A stretch of 64,000 nucleotides of DNA from Acanthaster planci (taxonomy: Eukaryota): positions 4,289,374 through 4,353,373 of the forward strand of contig NW_019091355.1 in NCBI RefSeq assembly GCF_001949145.1, written 5' to 3'. The notes under the pieces are model-generated. The model was not told where the DNA came from and did not search any database. It saw nothing but the letters and a program-made list of their open reading frames with translations. Position numbers and translations under genes: made by a program. Below are positions 1 to 50,706 of the stretch, one piece after another. Position 1 is the stretch's first letter. Every line of letters starts with the position of its first letter.

Positions 1-3000
1 ATCTGCGCACTTCCGCGTTTGAAAACGAGGCTGTATGTGTCAGCTTCAATTCTTAATACGATCAAACGATTGAAAGTAAGGAGTCAAGACACAAAATGCA
101 TAAAGGTATGTNNNNNNNNNNNNNNNNNNNNNNNNNNNNNTTTTCAGGCTGCAAATTTTTGTGGAAGAGTCTTTCAGGATGACTCGACATGTAAAATCAA
201 AAGAAAAAATAACGACAATTTACCGCGAACTAACGTACCTGCGATGGTCCTGTATCATGTACAGTGGGCGTGGTTTAAAATGAAGTGGCGTCACACTTAC
301 GAACTGGATACTCCATGTACTGTGTGGACTCCGCGGGCGCGCGCGACCAAGATCAACACAGAGAGCCTCAGTTTCGATGCAGATATGCACAGACGGTGCT
401 AATGTGAAATCCCTCTATTGTACATGTATGTGCAGTGTGTGATACACATAACATGTACTGCATGTGCATGCACATACTTCAGTGGGCTTTCCTTGGTGAT
501 GGGGAGGGCACAGAGTAAGGAAGTCTGGTTCCCAGACCACAAGATGCTGACCGCTTTAGGTCTGGTACAGTAGCCGCCATAGTCAATTAGGAATTCTTCC
601 CAATTTCCAAATATACTGTACATACATCAATCGGTACATGTACATGTCAAAAATTAAACTAACTTACAGTTTCATTTGTTTTCAGTTCAAAGTGACCTCA
701 GCCACAACTGCTGACAGCCCAAGTCTGTCCACAGCGGATGGAAAACAGTTGAATATTAGAACTTGTGTCAGAATTTTTCGAATGATGGAATTGGCAGCTT
801 GCCAATAACAGGACACCTATGTACACTGTACGCTACACATGCATATTTCATCACACAGGTTTAATACACCTAATGGAATTTTTCATTGGCTTAAATTGCT
901 CATTTTTGCACGTCAGCACAGTTTCGATAATCCAAATAGCATTAGCCTTTATTAGATTTCAGAATTCTTAGCAGTGGCCCCGTCTCCACCTTTCACTCTC
1001 ACCAACCATCAGATTCCTATATTAGGTAAATCCCGGCAGCCTTTACATGTACTGTACATATGCATTATTTGCCAGGTACACTGTACACTGAACGTGTGTA
1101 CTGTACACAAGGGCATCAAAATACCCAGAATGCACCAGTGGAGTTTGGCTGTCAATTCCCAGGGCATGGATCCCAGACAGTTTTGCCACCCTGATTAACA
1201 TCCTCCATCACTCAGATCAATCATTCTGTATTGACTCTTTAGGGACCAACAGGACACGTAACTGACTTGCTAAATTTCTTGTCAGGTGATTTCTGTCATT
1301 ATGCCGCCTTATTTTTTTCAATTTACTGAAACATGGACAATACCGCATGTACTTGTAATTACATGTAGTTACTTGCATTTTGGAGCTGTGGACTGTAAGA
1401 CGTTTTCACAAGGCTTGTACATGTACATGTATTTAAGTAAATTATACATGTACATGTACTTTCTTAATTTTGCAGATTGCCGGTACATGCACTGGTACCG
1501 TACATTTAGCTGATGTTAGACTGTACCATGCATTAGGCATTACATTTTTATATCATTTCTAAATTTACCTTAAATACACCTGTAGTTTATGAATGAAAGT
1601 ATTTATAGTGAAGGAAATTTATTGCGTTTGAGTACATGTACCAGTTTGCAGTTTCTACGTAATGATAAATCCTCAGAAGTGAGATTTCTCAGCTTTTTAG
1701 CTGATTTCAGCTTTTTTTGTTTTGGATTTCAGCTTTTTTTCCTCACTGGCTGTGTACAGAAGTAAAGGAGATTTTCACAGTTCAGCTTCTTTACGCCTTT
1801 TTTCCAGCTGTTTTCAGCCACATGTATTTTTATCATTGATCAATGTCACGCCTGAATCCTACTGGCATATGCTTTATGTTACCAGTGTGCATACCGTTGG
1901 TACATGATTTGATAGCTGTAGATAAACCTCGCCAAGGTTTGTTTTCCTTAGTTCCCATCATGATGTATCATTCCTATGTTTTTACACCTTCGGGTTTGTT
2001 TGCACAGGATGGAAACTGGAGAACTCCACCGAGATCAGTGCAAACATCCGTATTCAAGTAGTCCAACAACAGACTTTAAGGAGCACTGCCTTGTCATTTT
2101 TGCATTTGGTCTTGAAGTCTGTTAACCCATCTCCGTGGAAGAAATTAGAATACCCACACTTGTGCAAAAAGAGTTGTTTCTTATAGACGGTGAATCCACC
2201 TGCACACGACCAACTTGTGTAGCATGATGTGGAGGTTGCATGCACTTCCATTAACATCCTGTGTGCGCACATGCATGTGCACAATCATGCAACATTGCGT
2301 GCGACTGGCAGAAAATCTCTTTAGCTCTTGCACGTTATCCCCAAGACAAATTCTCCCCTTGGAACATTGAAAAAAAATTCCGGAGTTGTGTTGACATTTT
2401 CGGGGCAAAGCACCGGCTGCACAATACGCAGGCGCATGCCGTGTTGGTGAGGATGGTTTCATATCTCCATGTCCGGCTGGTTGCAGGGCATAGGCCCCCT
2501 TAAGTTGTGTGAAATACGATCTCTGTTCTAAGAGTCTACTAAACTGTATCCAACATTTCGACAGTATCGCACATCTCATGTCAGACAGTCAGATAACTGA
2601 TATGTGTATTTGTGGATGCTGTCTCTGAAGAGGAACGCATCCAGGGGCAGATCTGGAGATGCAACGTGATCTCCTGTGGAGTGTTTGGAGAAAACGCTGC
2701 TCCGGTAATAGCTGGTCATGTATCGCTCTTGCTCACATTATAGCGACTTTTGACAGATGGGGAGCTGCTGTGTACATGTACCTTACAATGTATCTGAAGT
2801 CTACAACCTGCTGAAAATCTTCTTTAATAGAGCAGATGCTTCAGATGTTACGTGCGGTTTTTGTCATAATACGTTTTATTATAAATGTGCTCGCAAGACA
2901 CCTTTTGAACCATGAGATTCAGTTGCAGAGGTGAACAACCTGTGTAAATTTACCAGTATGTTGAAGGAAATAGTCGCAAGGCCCAATTGCACCTGTAATC

Positions 3001-3395
3001 GCGAATCCATGTTTGTATCAAACATCTGTGATCTACATTGTATCAACCAACTGTGCTGTTTACCCCTGATGCAAGCCAAGATGTGTGTGACTGTGGAAGT
3101 GGTGTAGAGATATACATGTACACTTCATAATGTATTCAGGCGGTGTTTTGACCCTTGCAGGGGATTTACTTTGACCATGCATACAGGGTGTGCTAGGACA
3201 GGCCTGGTGCAGGCCTGGTACATGTACATGTATAACGGTACATTGTACACATGTGTACCTGTCCGGGTACATACTAAGTAATTAATTTGTCATTTGGTTT
3301 CAGGCCCTATGTTGGGCGTCGATCTTTTGTCTGGAAAAGTCAGTGCAGGCATGAAATAATTTCATTTACATGTGTTTTTTTTTTTTCATTTACAG

Positions 3396-39934
<36,539 letters not shown>

Positions 39935-41075
39935 CTGGCCAAAGAAAATGTTGTCTCTGTCAGGTCTTTCCCCCGAAGGCTTTAGTTGTCATGCCCTAAA
40001 AGCTGCCCAGCAGATCTTTTGAAATAAGCAGTTATCTGAGCTTTGTCCAAGGGATGCTGGTCAACTTTTCATGTGGAGGGATTCTTAATAGTTCGCCTGT
40101 GAAATACTCACAGTATTGTCTTTGCCGCTATTGAAGAAGAATCAGCTTTGTTTTTGCAACACAGGAGCCGCCCAATCTAAGCAACATCAAATTGCCAAAA
40201 GCAAAACAGCTTAGAGCTGGCATTGCATAGGGATATGTACATGTATTCCTCACACTGGTCAACCCGAGTACGAGTTATGTGTATACATGTCACGAGTCAA
40301 GGATCCATCGATTGATAGGTCAGTAGGCATAGATATTACTTAACACTAAAACACCAGTAAAAGTAGCTGCCGGAGGTTGGAGGTGGAGTTGTCAGACTTA
40401 ATGCTGCTTTGCCATTGGTGCTCTGTGTATGAGTGGGGCTTCTCACCTATTTGGCTGGTCCATTCAGCAGGAGTAACCAAAATTATAGCTTGCTCTAAAA
40501 AATGCAAGGAGTCTCCTTGGCGTTATAAACTGTGAGCAGACCTCAGAGTTAGTTTACCTTCAGTTCTTCCGTCAAGTTTGCGCGTATTTACTAACGACCC
40601 CAACTATGAGAGGTCCAGTTCAAGTAGAATGCGGATGCAAGGTACCACGTGAGATGCCAAATCCTTAAAAAGTACGGCGTTTGTTTGTTTGTTTTTCTAC
40701 ATGCGCGCCCGTTGGGAAGAGTGGTAGGTTCAGAAGTGTGTTTGGGAGGAGAGAATACCAGATATCCGGTGAAATGTTTCAGTTGATAAAGAAAAAAAAT
40801 GGATCTGTGATTTGAAATCCTTACTGCCAGATAGCAGAAGAAATGTGATTTTTATAATTGACAAATCATTTATATATCTGGCGTCCTGACTATTTTCTAA
40901 AAGGGACGTAGAAAGTTGTAGTTCTTATCAATGATGAACACAAGTAGACAAGGAAGCGAATTGAAGCATTATATGTGAGTGTTCATGTGCAATTCTAAAT
41001 ATTTTGTATACCTATATATATCTCTAAATCTAATTTTATGGTAATTAGTATTTTTGGCTATTGCTGGTTTAAAAG

Positions 41076-41081
41076 AATAAA
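41076..41081 (+). terminator. Candidate polyadenylation signal for the proximal PSD/EFA6 3' UTR
   Basis: AATAAA in AT-rich sequence about 1.1 kb after the stop at 39934. Confidence 0.35.
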
Positions 41082-42136
41082 ACAAAATTGTGATTTACAG
41101 CAAGAAGAAATATGTGCAGTTCCTCAGCGGACAAATTTGTTTGGAAGGTTTCGTGGAGCTTGTGTGTAACATGAAAACAGCTGAGCTTATTTATTATAAA
41201 AAGCGGTATTGCTTAGGAAAGGCTCACAATACACAATGATGAACACTGACTACTGGCGAATCACTGTGCAGTGCGCCACCAAGAGGTTGTCATGGAGAGG
41301 CCTTTTTGCCATGCATTATGGGATAATATGAGTAGTTGACAAAGTCTCATTTGCTAACTGCACTGCCTGCGGAAAAGTGGAATTTTTTTTCTGAATGTTT
41401 ATTTGGTTGAGAATTTGAAATTGCTTCTTGTGAATGGGTGTTACATGTAGGTTGTCAGAATGATGGTTTTGTGTGGTGCAGGGAACGCCTCCACGTATCT
41501 TCAAATTACGTAGGAAGTGCACTTAATCGCAGCAGCATGTCGACTGTAAACTTCAAAAGTGGCCTGTCTGTGGCAAACTCTTGGTGGTGCCATATATTGC
41601 GAATTGCCCATATTATATCAATGCCACTGTGACCTAAGAACTCAAGATGTTGCACCATGTTGGACGTTTCCAAATAGACTGACAATAAGTACATGTAATA
41701 CCATAGGCTTCAAATAATTCCCGGGTATTTAGTGATTGCGTTGACTGACTGTGTAATCAAAATCCCGGCTCAGTGTTGCCAAAGACAGACTTTGTGCAGA
41801 CACTCAACTGCAGCTGATGTTATACTACTTGAGGGAAAAAGCCAACAGTGAAAGATCATTCAATTTTTAACTTGGCCTAGTTGTTAAACCTGCTTTTCTC
41901 TGATGGTGCCAGAATTGTGACTGATCAAATCCATGCCATTCCTTTATTTTTTCCTGTGCTTGATAAATTTCTGTTAACGGGATTCATTCATTGTACAAGA
42001 GCACTCCGTCTGTCTTGTTGTCGTTGGGAAATAATCCATTTTCTAATTCATGTAGGAATGTACTAATATTCATTTTGCCCATGGTTTGACTGTGGATTTA
42101 CATGTAAAATAAGGAGGAAGGATAGATCTTTTCACT

Positions 42137-42436
42137 AATGCATGCGGGCGCACAAAGGCCCTTGGCAGCAAGGGCCATTGAAAATGTGCAGGGGTTCGAG
42201 TTTTCCCCTTTAATCTCGTGCGCACAGGAAAAACCACGATTTTAAAGTCTTTTTACAGAGCATTAAAAATCCCGCTTAGATTAGAAACTAATAGTGAAGA
42301 CGATGATTTAAGGGGATTTTGTGAAGAAAAAACTGAACAAAGCCATAAAACCTGAGAGAAAATTATCAAAATCACACCCCTGTACATTTTCAATGGCCCT
42401 TGCCGCCAAGGCTATTTGTGCGCATTCGTGCATAAT
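42137..42436. mobile_element. MITE with about 60-bp TIRs
   Basis: GCGCACAAA...CTTGGCAGCAAGGGCCATTGAAAATGT.CAGGGG pairs with CCCCTGTACATTTTCAATGGCCCTTGCCGCCAAG...TTTGTGCGC. Confidence 0.8.
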
Positions 42437-42999
42437 TATTAATTTGTGAGTGAAAAGGTCTATTAAAGAGTGGCAGTGTGTGTCTAGTTGCAACTTGGTT
42501 CTTTGCCATGGACCATACTTGTCAAGGTGTTGTTCATCCACGGTCAAAAGTGGACTAGTCCCGATACTTTTTTTCCTCTTTAAAAACTGAAGTTAAATTA
42601 GTTGTTGCCGCCTGGGCAGTTGTTGCCAGGCTGGTTATGCCTCTGTGATTATTTTTCCAAAATACATGTACCTTTTCCTTCATCAGAATCCTATTATGCA
42701 CCACTCAAAAAAATTCAAGGATCAGACATTTGTCTTTGAAAATGTCAGCCAGGTGTGTACCCCATTGATTTTTACTGATAGTGAGCAGACGAGCATGTTC
42801 ATACCATACTAAATGACACTCATGTATGTTGTGATGTAAATACTAATTTTCCAAACTGTTCTCAGTTAGTATGATCCTTTACTTTTTTTGGAGTAGTGCA
42901 CTTGTGCACAGATTTGGAGATGAATTTAAATCCCCCCCCTTTGAACCGCCTGATTTGTTCACAATGTGTGTTTGAACCTATATCTCTACCGGGTATGCA

Positions 43000-43393
43000 A
43001 GGGGCAACTTCGATGAAAGACCACTAGTTAACTAGTGGTTGGTTCGTGACGTACCTAGCGCATGTGCAGTGAAGTTGAAGTGCCAACGACCCTAGTCAAC
43101 CGTTGTCAGGTCGTTAGGCCGAAGCGGAGAAAAGGAAGGGTAAATAGTAGAAATAAAAGTGAAAATGGCCGTTTACTGGCGACATGATGTGTTCCCGGCA
43201 GTTTTCTTATTACTGGCCCTCTCTGCACTGCGCTGTTCAAAATGATTTATGGCAATCAACGACGTGACCAACCTCGATAGGCTGGTCGCGAATAGTTGAC
43301 TAGACTAGCCCAACCATCGTCGACTGGCATGCATTTGTTCGGAGGTAGTCAAACTACTGTGTGATTAACTATGGCCTTTGATCGGACTGGCCC
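43000..43393. mobile_element. Same MITE family, copy 2 in reverse orientation
   Basis: GAAGTTGAAGTGCCAAC.ACCCTAGTCAACC etc. is the reverse complement of 34670-34705. Ends GGCAACTTCGATG / GATCGGACTGGCCC. Confidence 0.8.
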
Positions 43394-45456
43394 AAGCATG
43401 ACCGCACACACCGGTTGAACGTCACCTACAATGCCACTAATCCACTCTGCCATTTTGCCATGAACTGTGTCAGTCTGCTTTCCCATTACGCTCTTGTTTA
43501 CCAAGGTAAGCCCTTACCAAGATAACTGAGCCCTCTCTATCTGTCCGCATTCAGACAGACAACTTAAATACTGAAGATTTTGAGTAAATTGAGCCAAAAA
43601 AAAAGAGATTTACTTGAGCAGGAAGGATTTTTTAAATAACAAATTTAAGTACATTTACAGTGAATGTCTGTCAGAAGGAAAAGTAGTAACCATGGTTAAT
43701 CTCTGCATTAGATCATGTTGTTAAAATAGCCGCTCCCTTGATTTTAATTGTTTTAACTTGCAGCATCTCATGTTTTTTTTCCCCAAGAGAATCAAAATGT
43801 CGGGAAACAAAGAAGGTGCCAACAATCACTTGATATCTCTAGCCACCAGCCCAGTCATGCTGAAGGCAGACACATTTCATGGGACTTAACTTCTGCTAAC
43901 TGCTCATTTTATGTTGAATTCATTTTTATCTTTCACTGAAAGCTTTTTATTTTTATACTTTGAAGGAACATTTTGCGTTTCTGTTTTAAAGATATACATT
44001 TTTTTCTTATTCCATTGAAAATGCAAAAGACATCTCCAAGTAGAAGACAAATCAGATGGCAATATTGAATTGCTCTGAAGAACAAAATGCAATATAAACA
44101 GTCTTGGTTACGTTTTTCCTTTTTTTTTTGGCTGTTGTGTTGAATATTGTCATCAAATTGCAGAGAAGAAATTCTTCACAAAATTTATTTGATTGGCCCA
44201 ATTTTATTGTTATTTAGTACATTCGGGAAAATCAGAAGCTGTGGAATTAATTTCCGTTGTGTAAGACAGTTTGATGGATTAAATGACGTGCTGAGCTATG
44301 ACTCGTTGAAGCCGCCAAGAAAAATGTTCCAATGAAAGAGCGCAGGAAATTGGATATTAGAAAAAATATGTCGCATAGGCCTTGCTTCCATCTACAACAC
44401 AGGTATTACTTGACCATGCAAAGCGCAGTAAGAAAAAGCAGACGTCAGAAATCAGATTGGACAAAGAACAGCTTGATGCTTTATAGTTTATGGAAATTGA
44501 AAATCTCTGGGTTGAGTAAACGAAAAACAGGGAGTAAGCAGAGATTGACACCAGGCTTCTGTTTTGTTATTCATCTACAGGGAATAATGAACACAGAATC
44601 CAAAATGCAGTTTCAATTTAAAGTCCTGTTAAACTTCCAAGCCTTGAAAATTGGAAATAACTGAAGTTTACATTCTTGGTCACACACAGAAGTGACACTG
44701 TGTAAGGGTTTTGGTTTATTTTTTATTTGGATAGTGCAAAAGATTAAACACAAACAAGCATTTTGAACTCTGTAAATGATTTTAAAGTAGAAATGATTCC
44801 AGACCGGCATTTGTTGCCGTAACCTTATCATTACTATATGTTTCTATTGCTTCTGAGGTGTTTGGTTTACAAATTTATGGGCAGATCTGTTAAACAGTAT
44901 ATACAGAAAATGGACAAACATGTGTAATATAATTGTAATTTCTTGCCTTTATGAATCTTAAATATCAAATTAAATAATGAAGCATTTGTGGAAGGTATGC
45001 TGGCAGTAGATAGTTGATTCTTTCAGATTTTGTTTGTCTCTGTTCACTCTTCCATTCAGTTTGCCTGTACTGTACATCCTAAGTTTTAGACGGATTTTAT
45101 CGGGGTTGACAAAACTCTTCAAAGTCTTATCCAAACTTGATATCTCGGAGAGGTTTCTTGTCAGAAGCCAGTAACCAACAGTTTGTGTTGTGAAACTGGC
45201 ATTGTTTGTCCTGTTCCCACCCGTGGTCCCATCTGCCATTTTAAATCCATCACCCGAATCCAGTCTGCAGGTCTGGCTGTCGGTTTGAAATTTTCTACGC
45301 ACGTTACTTGGCAGAAGCACCCAGCGTTGCAGTTGAATTCTTTTCAAGCAACAAGTTCTCTGCCAAATATTGAACTGGTTAGGAAGGAACAGAGCTACGC
45401 GTACAAATAGAGAATGAACATTGCTCAGTTAATGCACAACTGTTTACACTGTACTT

Positions 45457-45976
45457 TTTAAGACAAAAGTACATGTACTCAAAAAGTACTTGACCGAGTA
45501 TTTTCAGACCGAGTACTTTTTAGACCGAGTACTTTTGAGACCGAGCACCTTTCAGATTTAATAATAATTTAGAATTCATAGTGCGCCCTTTCCACCGAAG
45601 TAATCAAAGGCACAATACACTAAAAACTTATTTAAAACCAAGTACACAAAAACCCAATTTAAAAATCCAAGCACACAAACACTATTTAAAACCAAAGCAA
45701 ATTATACCATATCAGTAGAGAGACAAACAGGCTACCATGCCAGAGCCCAAACCGAAGTATGGGAATACGTCTGTCCTGTCAATGGGGTAACTAACTAAAT
45801 AAGCCTGAACCCCTTCGACATTGGTTATGTCTCGACTTTTCCAGTAGTACCTTTCAGACTGAGTACTTTTCAGAGTGAGTACTTTTCAGACCGAGTACCT
45901 TTCAGACCGAGTACTTTTCCGAGTGAGTACTTTTCAGACTGAGTACCAGTACTTTTGAAGTGCTTTTGTCCTTAAA
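45457..45976. mobile_element. TTAA-flanked element with 16-bp GAGTACTTTTCAGACC repeats, interrupted at about 45560-45845 by a probable LINE 3' end (minus strand)
   Basis: TTTAAGACAAAAGTAC / GTGCTTTTGTCCTTAAA termini. The repeat array resumes after an unrelated insert whose reverse strand ends GGGCGCACTATGAATTCTAAATTATTATT. Confidence 0.6.
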
Positions 45977-47050
45977 TGTTAATTGTACTAAACTGAGAAT
46001 GTTTGGAGTCTTAGATTTACTTTTAACATCTTACCTTTATGCATTTACCATCAAATGTCCATTCTGCAGCTTTGTTTTTTCCTAACCAGGTTAGTATTTG
46101 GTCGTGAGTGTGGTACTTGACAAGTAACTGACAACAACACAGAAAGCACCTGACCATGATTTGAACATGTCCAGAACTTACTTCCTGCTTGGAGGGAGAC
46201 CAAAAAAAGTCGCTGCCACAGAATGACAATCCCCAAAAGAGGCACAGAAAAGTCTTGGGGGAAGAATACCTCTTGCAGCGTATTAAGATGAACCACAGAA
46301 TGTTGTGCAACTGTTTATTTCAAATTTCACCTCCGCTGGAAATATCCTGAAGTTTCATCAGTTTAAAAATAAAGATTTGGTCTCTATATACGGCTGTGCT
46401 ACAAGCATATCAAAATCACGCACGGTTGCTTATTAGGTTTGGACACGGGTAATTAAAAGTTTAACACAATGTACTTCTTAACTTCAATACATTCATGGTT
46501 TTCTATTTTGTTGACAATCTTTCCTCTTTTCTTTCCTGTTTTCCCAGCTGTTTTAAACCTGGTCTTGCCTTTTTTTTTTTAACCATCGTACCGCCTGCTG
46601 TTTCTTGAGCTTGCCAAGGAAGAAAAACGAAACCAGTGTGGGGTTGCTTGATAAAAATCCTGTTATGCATTTTTAACGTGTGGTATGTCATTCCTTCATC
46701 TCCTCGCAATATCGTTCATGAATTAACAAAATGCAGTGTAGACACCTTGTTTTGCAGTTCTCCCGGTTAATGTCTGAGATGCTTTTAATTTTGGGCGGTA
46801 AGTTGTACATCGTTTGCATGCTTTTTATCCTCATGCTTCTTACTTGCCCATTTCAGTGCTTAGAAAAAACAAAGCGTGTTCCATAGTTGAGGCCAGTTGA
46901 GCTGCAAGAGAATTTGTTGGAGGTAAAACTTATTTTTGAAAGGGCTGCTTGTCATATTGATAATATCTCCTCAGTTGTGGTTTGCTTTAGGTATTAACTG
47001 GTTTTTAAGTTTGTAGTTGGTAAGCAGTATTAGTTTGGCATGATCGTATC

Positions 47051-47337
47051 CAGGGTCCAATTTCATGGCGCTGCTAAGCACACAATTTTACGCTATGAGC
47101 CCTGCGTATTTCATGGAAACCGTAAGCAGTAAGCACAGCAAAAGGCACAGCAAAAGGTGTACTAACTTTGGAAGAAAAATGTGCTTGTTTCTGGGACGTA
47201 ACAGTGGAAATCTGTGTGCTTGCCTGTGCGGTGTTTGTGGTAAGCACAGCAACTGTGAAATGTTTACTGTGCAATACGCTTACTGTTAAGTAATTTTTTT
47301 GTGCTGTATTTAGCCATTGCTGTGGGATTGGACCCTG
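47051..47337. mobile_element. MITE with TAAGCA subterminal repeats
   Basis: TIR CAGGGTCCAAT / ATTGGACCCTG. Confidence 0.65.
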
Positions 47338-48478
47338 GCAGAAGGTGAGATTCTTTCAGCATAGCCAAACAGGTTTTTATGTTGACGCCAGGTGGACTGT
47401 CAAATTTTAAAATATGAAACGCGCACTGATTGCATCTGTACATGTAGTCTTGCCTTTTTGTTTTCATTTAAATTTGTGATCTTTTCAAACTGAACTACCT
47501 GAACTTGGAATGTGGCAAATTCAGTCATTTACTGGCTTTAGTTGACATGATCTCCGTAAGAGTGCTTTTCTTGCTGTCAATTACCCTTGAAAATTCCCAG
47601 AGGAAAACTTTGTGCCTTCCATCACAAGGTAGTCAGTTTGGACCACCTACCAGTCTATTTATTGGTAGCACACATACATGTAGATTGTAAGCTTTCCCTT
47701 TATTTTGGCAGTTTTCGCTTTGCTAGCTATTTTCCCCTTTCCCAAACATGACCAAAAGCGCCGAGTCCGTATGTAAACAAACTTGACAGGTTGCATTCAG
47801 TATATTAAGCAGCCTCACTTTTTCCATGTACGTTTTCTGGGATTTGAAAGTTCATCTCGCGGAGTCACAATTTGCAGTAGTCCATTTTGCATCCTGACAC
47901 TGCTGGGAATCATGAGACAATTTTGCATGTGACAGGGCCCTAATCATGCTATGTAGTGCTTGGCACTGAATTGGAATTCACAGCGTCTACATGTATAAAC
48001 CGATGACAGCATAGTAGATTGCCTTCTCTGTACATGTATATTGTCTGTGAAGAGTGTTTCGTCTCATTTTGCCTCCACAATGTCTGCACGGTTGCTTTCT
48101 CTTCATGTATTGCAGAATTTAAGAAAAAGACCCCAAAGCACAGGCAAAAAAGTCTTCTACTGTAAATGGAGATTTAAGGCTCTACAAAGGTGTAAAATAT
48201 TTCTCTAACTTAAAAAGTCTGGAGCAAGAATTGAAAACTGGATGTTGTACTGTACGATGCTGTGTATTTCAATTCTTCTCTAGCAAGCAGTAACTCCCAT
48301 ACAAAATATCGTTGCAGGTGTCCTGCATGGTATGGTTTCTTTTCTTCAGCTAAACAAGTGCTTCATTGCAAAAAAGGAAGGGGGGGATTTGTCAAGCTAT
48401 AACATCTCACCCTCATGGAACGCAACTAAAGCATGATGTTGCTTGCACGTCTTTTCTTTTTGCATGTTAACGCTTCAG

Positions 48479-48655
48479 ATGTACTATGACAGTGATGATG
48501 CCAACAGTTGCCATGACAGCACAGATGACACTGATGAGGAAGATGAAGAGGAAGACGACATTGATGAGGAAACGGGCTGCCAAGCAGAAGATGATTTTGT
48601 CATGGTACCATCACCCCTGCCCTTAAATCAATTTGACGAAATGACAAAATTGTAG
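48479..48655 (+). CDS. Acidic terminal coding exon (MYYDSDD...DEEDEEEDD...EDDFVMVP...EMTKL*), probably an alternative last exon of PSD/EFA6
   Basis: CTTTTCTTTT tract + CTTCAG acceptor, phase 0, protein-like acidic composition, TAG stop, downstream AATAAA at 50669. Confidence 0.55.
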   Translation: MYYDSDDANSCHDSTDDTDEEDEEEDDIDEETGCQAEDDFVMVPSPLPLNQFDEMTKL

Positions 48656-49379
48656 AAACCGCGTATTGAGTAGGACAGTGAGGAGAAATCAAGTGTACTC
48701 CTTGTGCATAAACTGTAGGAGTTAGTACGAACCCATGGGTATTAAGCCATAGAGTACTGTTCTCTAGGGCTGGGTATTTGCATCGTGCTATTTCAAGATG
48801 ACCCTTTTGTGCAGCTGATGTGATCCGAGTGCATTTGCCTACATCCCCCTTGAGTACTGAAGTAACACACATGAATGCGTATACATGTTAACGTTTCCTG
48901 CCTAGTGTGGAAATTCCTTTTTTGTGGGATGAAAAACTTAGTGAAGATGCTCATTATCTTGTACTGTGTGCATCCTTTTAAACTGGATTGTAGATGATGG
49001 TTTCTTTGATTATCCCCTTTGTTGTGGTTCAAATAAGCCCAACTCAAAAATGGCGCTGAAACTGTTTTCCAGGAACTGAGTTGGCACAGCCTGGATTATG
49101 TGGACGTTTTGTTCATGGGTCCACACTCGATAAGCGAGGTTGGCCAAGTCCATTCTTCATGTACCCGAGGCCTACCTTTCGCCATGCCCATATCTTGACT
49201 TTTGTGGAGAATTTGGTATCATTTAGGAATGAAAGTTGATGTGTCTTTAAGCAGTGGTTTAAATTTCTGGGCACTCCTTGAATTCACGATCCAGGTACTC
49301 AGTGACGTATGTATCTGGGGTTTGAAGTCCTGACTAGTTTGCTCTCCCTACTTGTTTGGCAGTTGAAAGCACCTGGAAC

Positions 49380-49643
49380 CAAGGGACAAATCCAGCATTA
49401 GGGTCTGCCCGGGCCAAACTTTTTTTGGGGGGGAGGGGCCACAAAACTTGGTAAGTTTTTCATGTAACCTTTTATGGACTTCCTGAGGGTTGGGGCTGCA
49501 TTTTGGGACTTTTTACACAATTTTGAAAGGAAGGGAAACGAACGAGGCCAAAACATTTGCCTTTGTCTTATTTTTGTCCAAAGAAATAATGGGGGGGGGA
49601 CATGGCCCCCATGGCTCCCTCCATCCCCTCGGATTTGCCCTTG
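49380..49643. mobile_element. hAT-type MITE (G/C-run rich)
   Basis: Perfect 8-bp TSD CCTGGAAC. TIR CAAGGGACAAATCC / GGATTTGCCCTTG. Confidence 0.85.
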
Positions 49644-50668
49644 CCTGGAACAAAGCCATTAAAAGCAGGGAGTGTTCAACTTGATACAGGAATGAAGAAC
49701 CTGTGCAGCTGCCGTACAGTGTTTTAGAGGATTATAGGGTGAAATTTCACTTCTCAGAAATTGGTTTGTAGTCCAGGAATAAACTTTCTCCCCCATGCGA
49801 TGTGTAAGAAAAGCATGGTATTTTACGCTGTCTGGCATGTGAGAATGGCAAGTCAACAGACATCAGCTAAAAATGAAAGTCTCTCTTTGCAAATCCTTAT
49901 TTCAACTGAAAGAGATGGTATTTAAACTCTATACCTAATATGGAAAACTGTGCTGGTGGTTGAGAGAAGTTAGTCTTCAACCAGCAGTCACTCACATAAA
50001 AGCTTGGACGAGGTTGGCTCTGAACTTGAAAGAACACCATGTGGGCAAATACATAGTGGTGTTTTCCAAACTGACCAGAACAAGACGTGGAGGCTGCCAC
50101 TTTCATTGTGACGAAGTAGCATATTTTACTTACACTTTTAATGCCTAATGCGTTGATAAGCCCAGGTCATCATTGAGAATGTTGTAAAATACAGAATCAT
50201 TTTGTTTTTAATTATTCTCCATGTCAGAAATATGTATTGAAATTTAAAGATGTACATATGCGTCATATATCAAACTAAAATATTCATATATTTTAATTTT
50301 ATTCATTTTAATCCCCATGAGGAGTATCCTATGCATCCTTTTGTTATCTGGTTATAAAGAGAAAACTTGTTTATAATTTTTGTCTATAGCAAGTAAAGTT
50401 TATATAAACCATTTCTGTTATCACTGCAGTTGTGGTTTTTTTTTTAAGTTTTAAAGGTTGATTTTAGATGTTGGAAACTCTTAACAACTCTTCATTGTTA
50501 GTATCAAAGGCCATTCAAGTTGATGGATCAGGATGAAAAAAATTTGTGTTACAATTTGTAAAGAGGAATTATTTTTATTGCAGACCGTTAAATGCGCGGA
50601 TATGAAAGTGAAATGTCTTTGTAACAGTTTAATTAATTTTTTCAATGCTCGTAAAGGATGCAGACACA

Positions 50669-50674
50669 AATAAA
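50669..50674 (+). terminator. Candidate polyadenylation signal for the transcript containing the 48479 exon
   Basis: AATAAA after a long AU-rich UTR-like stretch, followed by GT/T-rich sequence. Confidence 0.45.
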
Positions 50675-50706
50675 GCAAACATTGGTGTCAAAATATCAAT
50701 TGTTAC

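Noticed and set aside
43430..46350. Separate gene between PSD and COX18 (donor at 43505, short ORFs near 43797, 44332, 45183, 46170)
   Set aside because: Short stop-interrupted frames with no recognisable domain and no consistent splice chain.
48479..48655. Ripply/bowline-type gene ending in an acidic tail
   Set aside because: No upstream WRPW or HPVRL/FPVQATI-coding exons were found in 40-48 kb.
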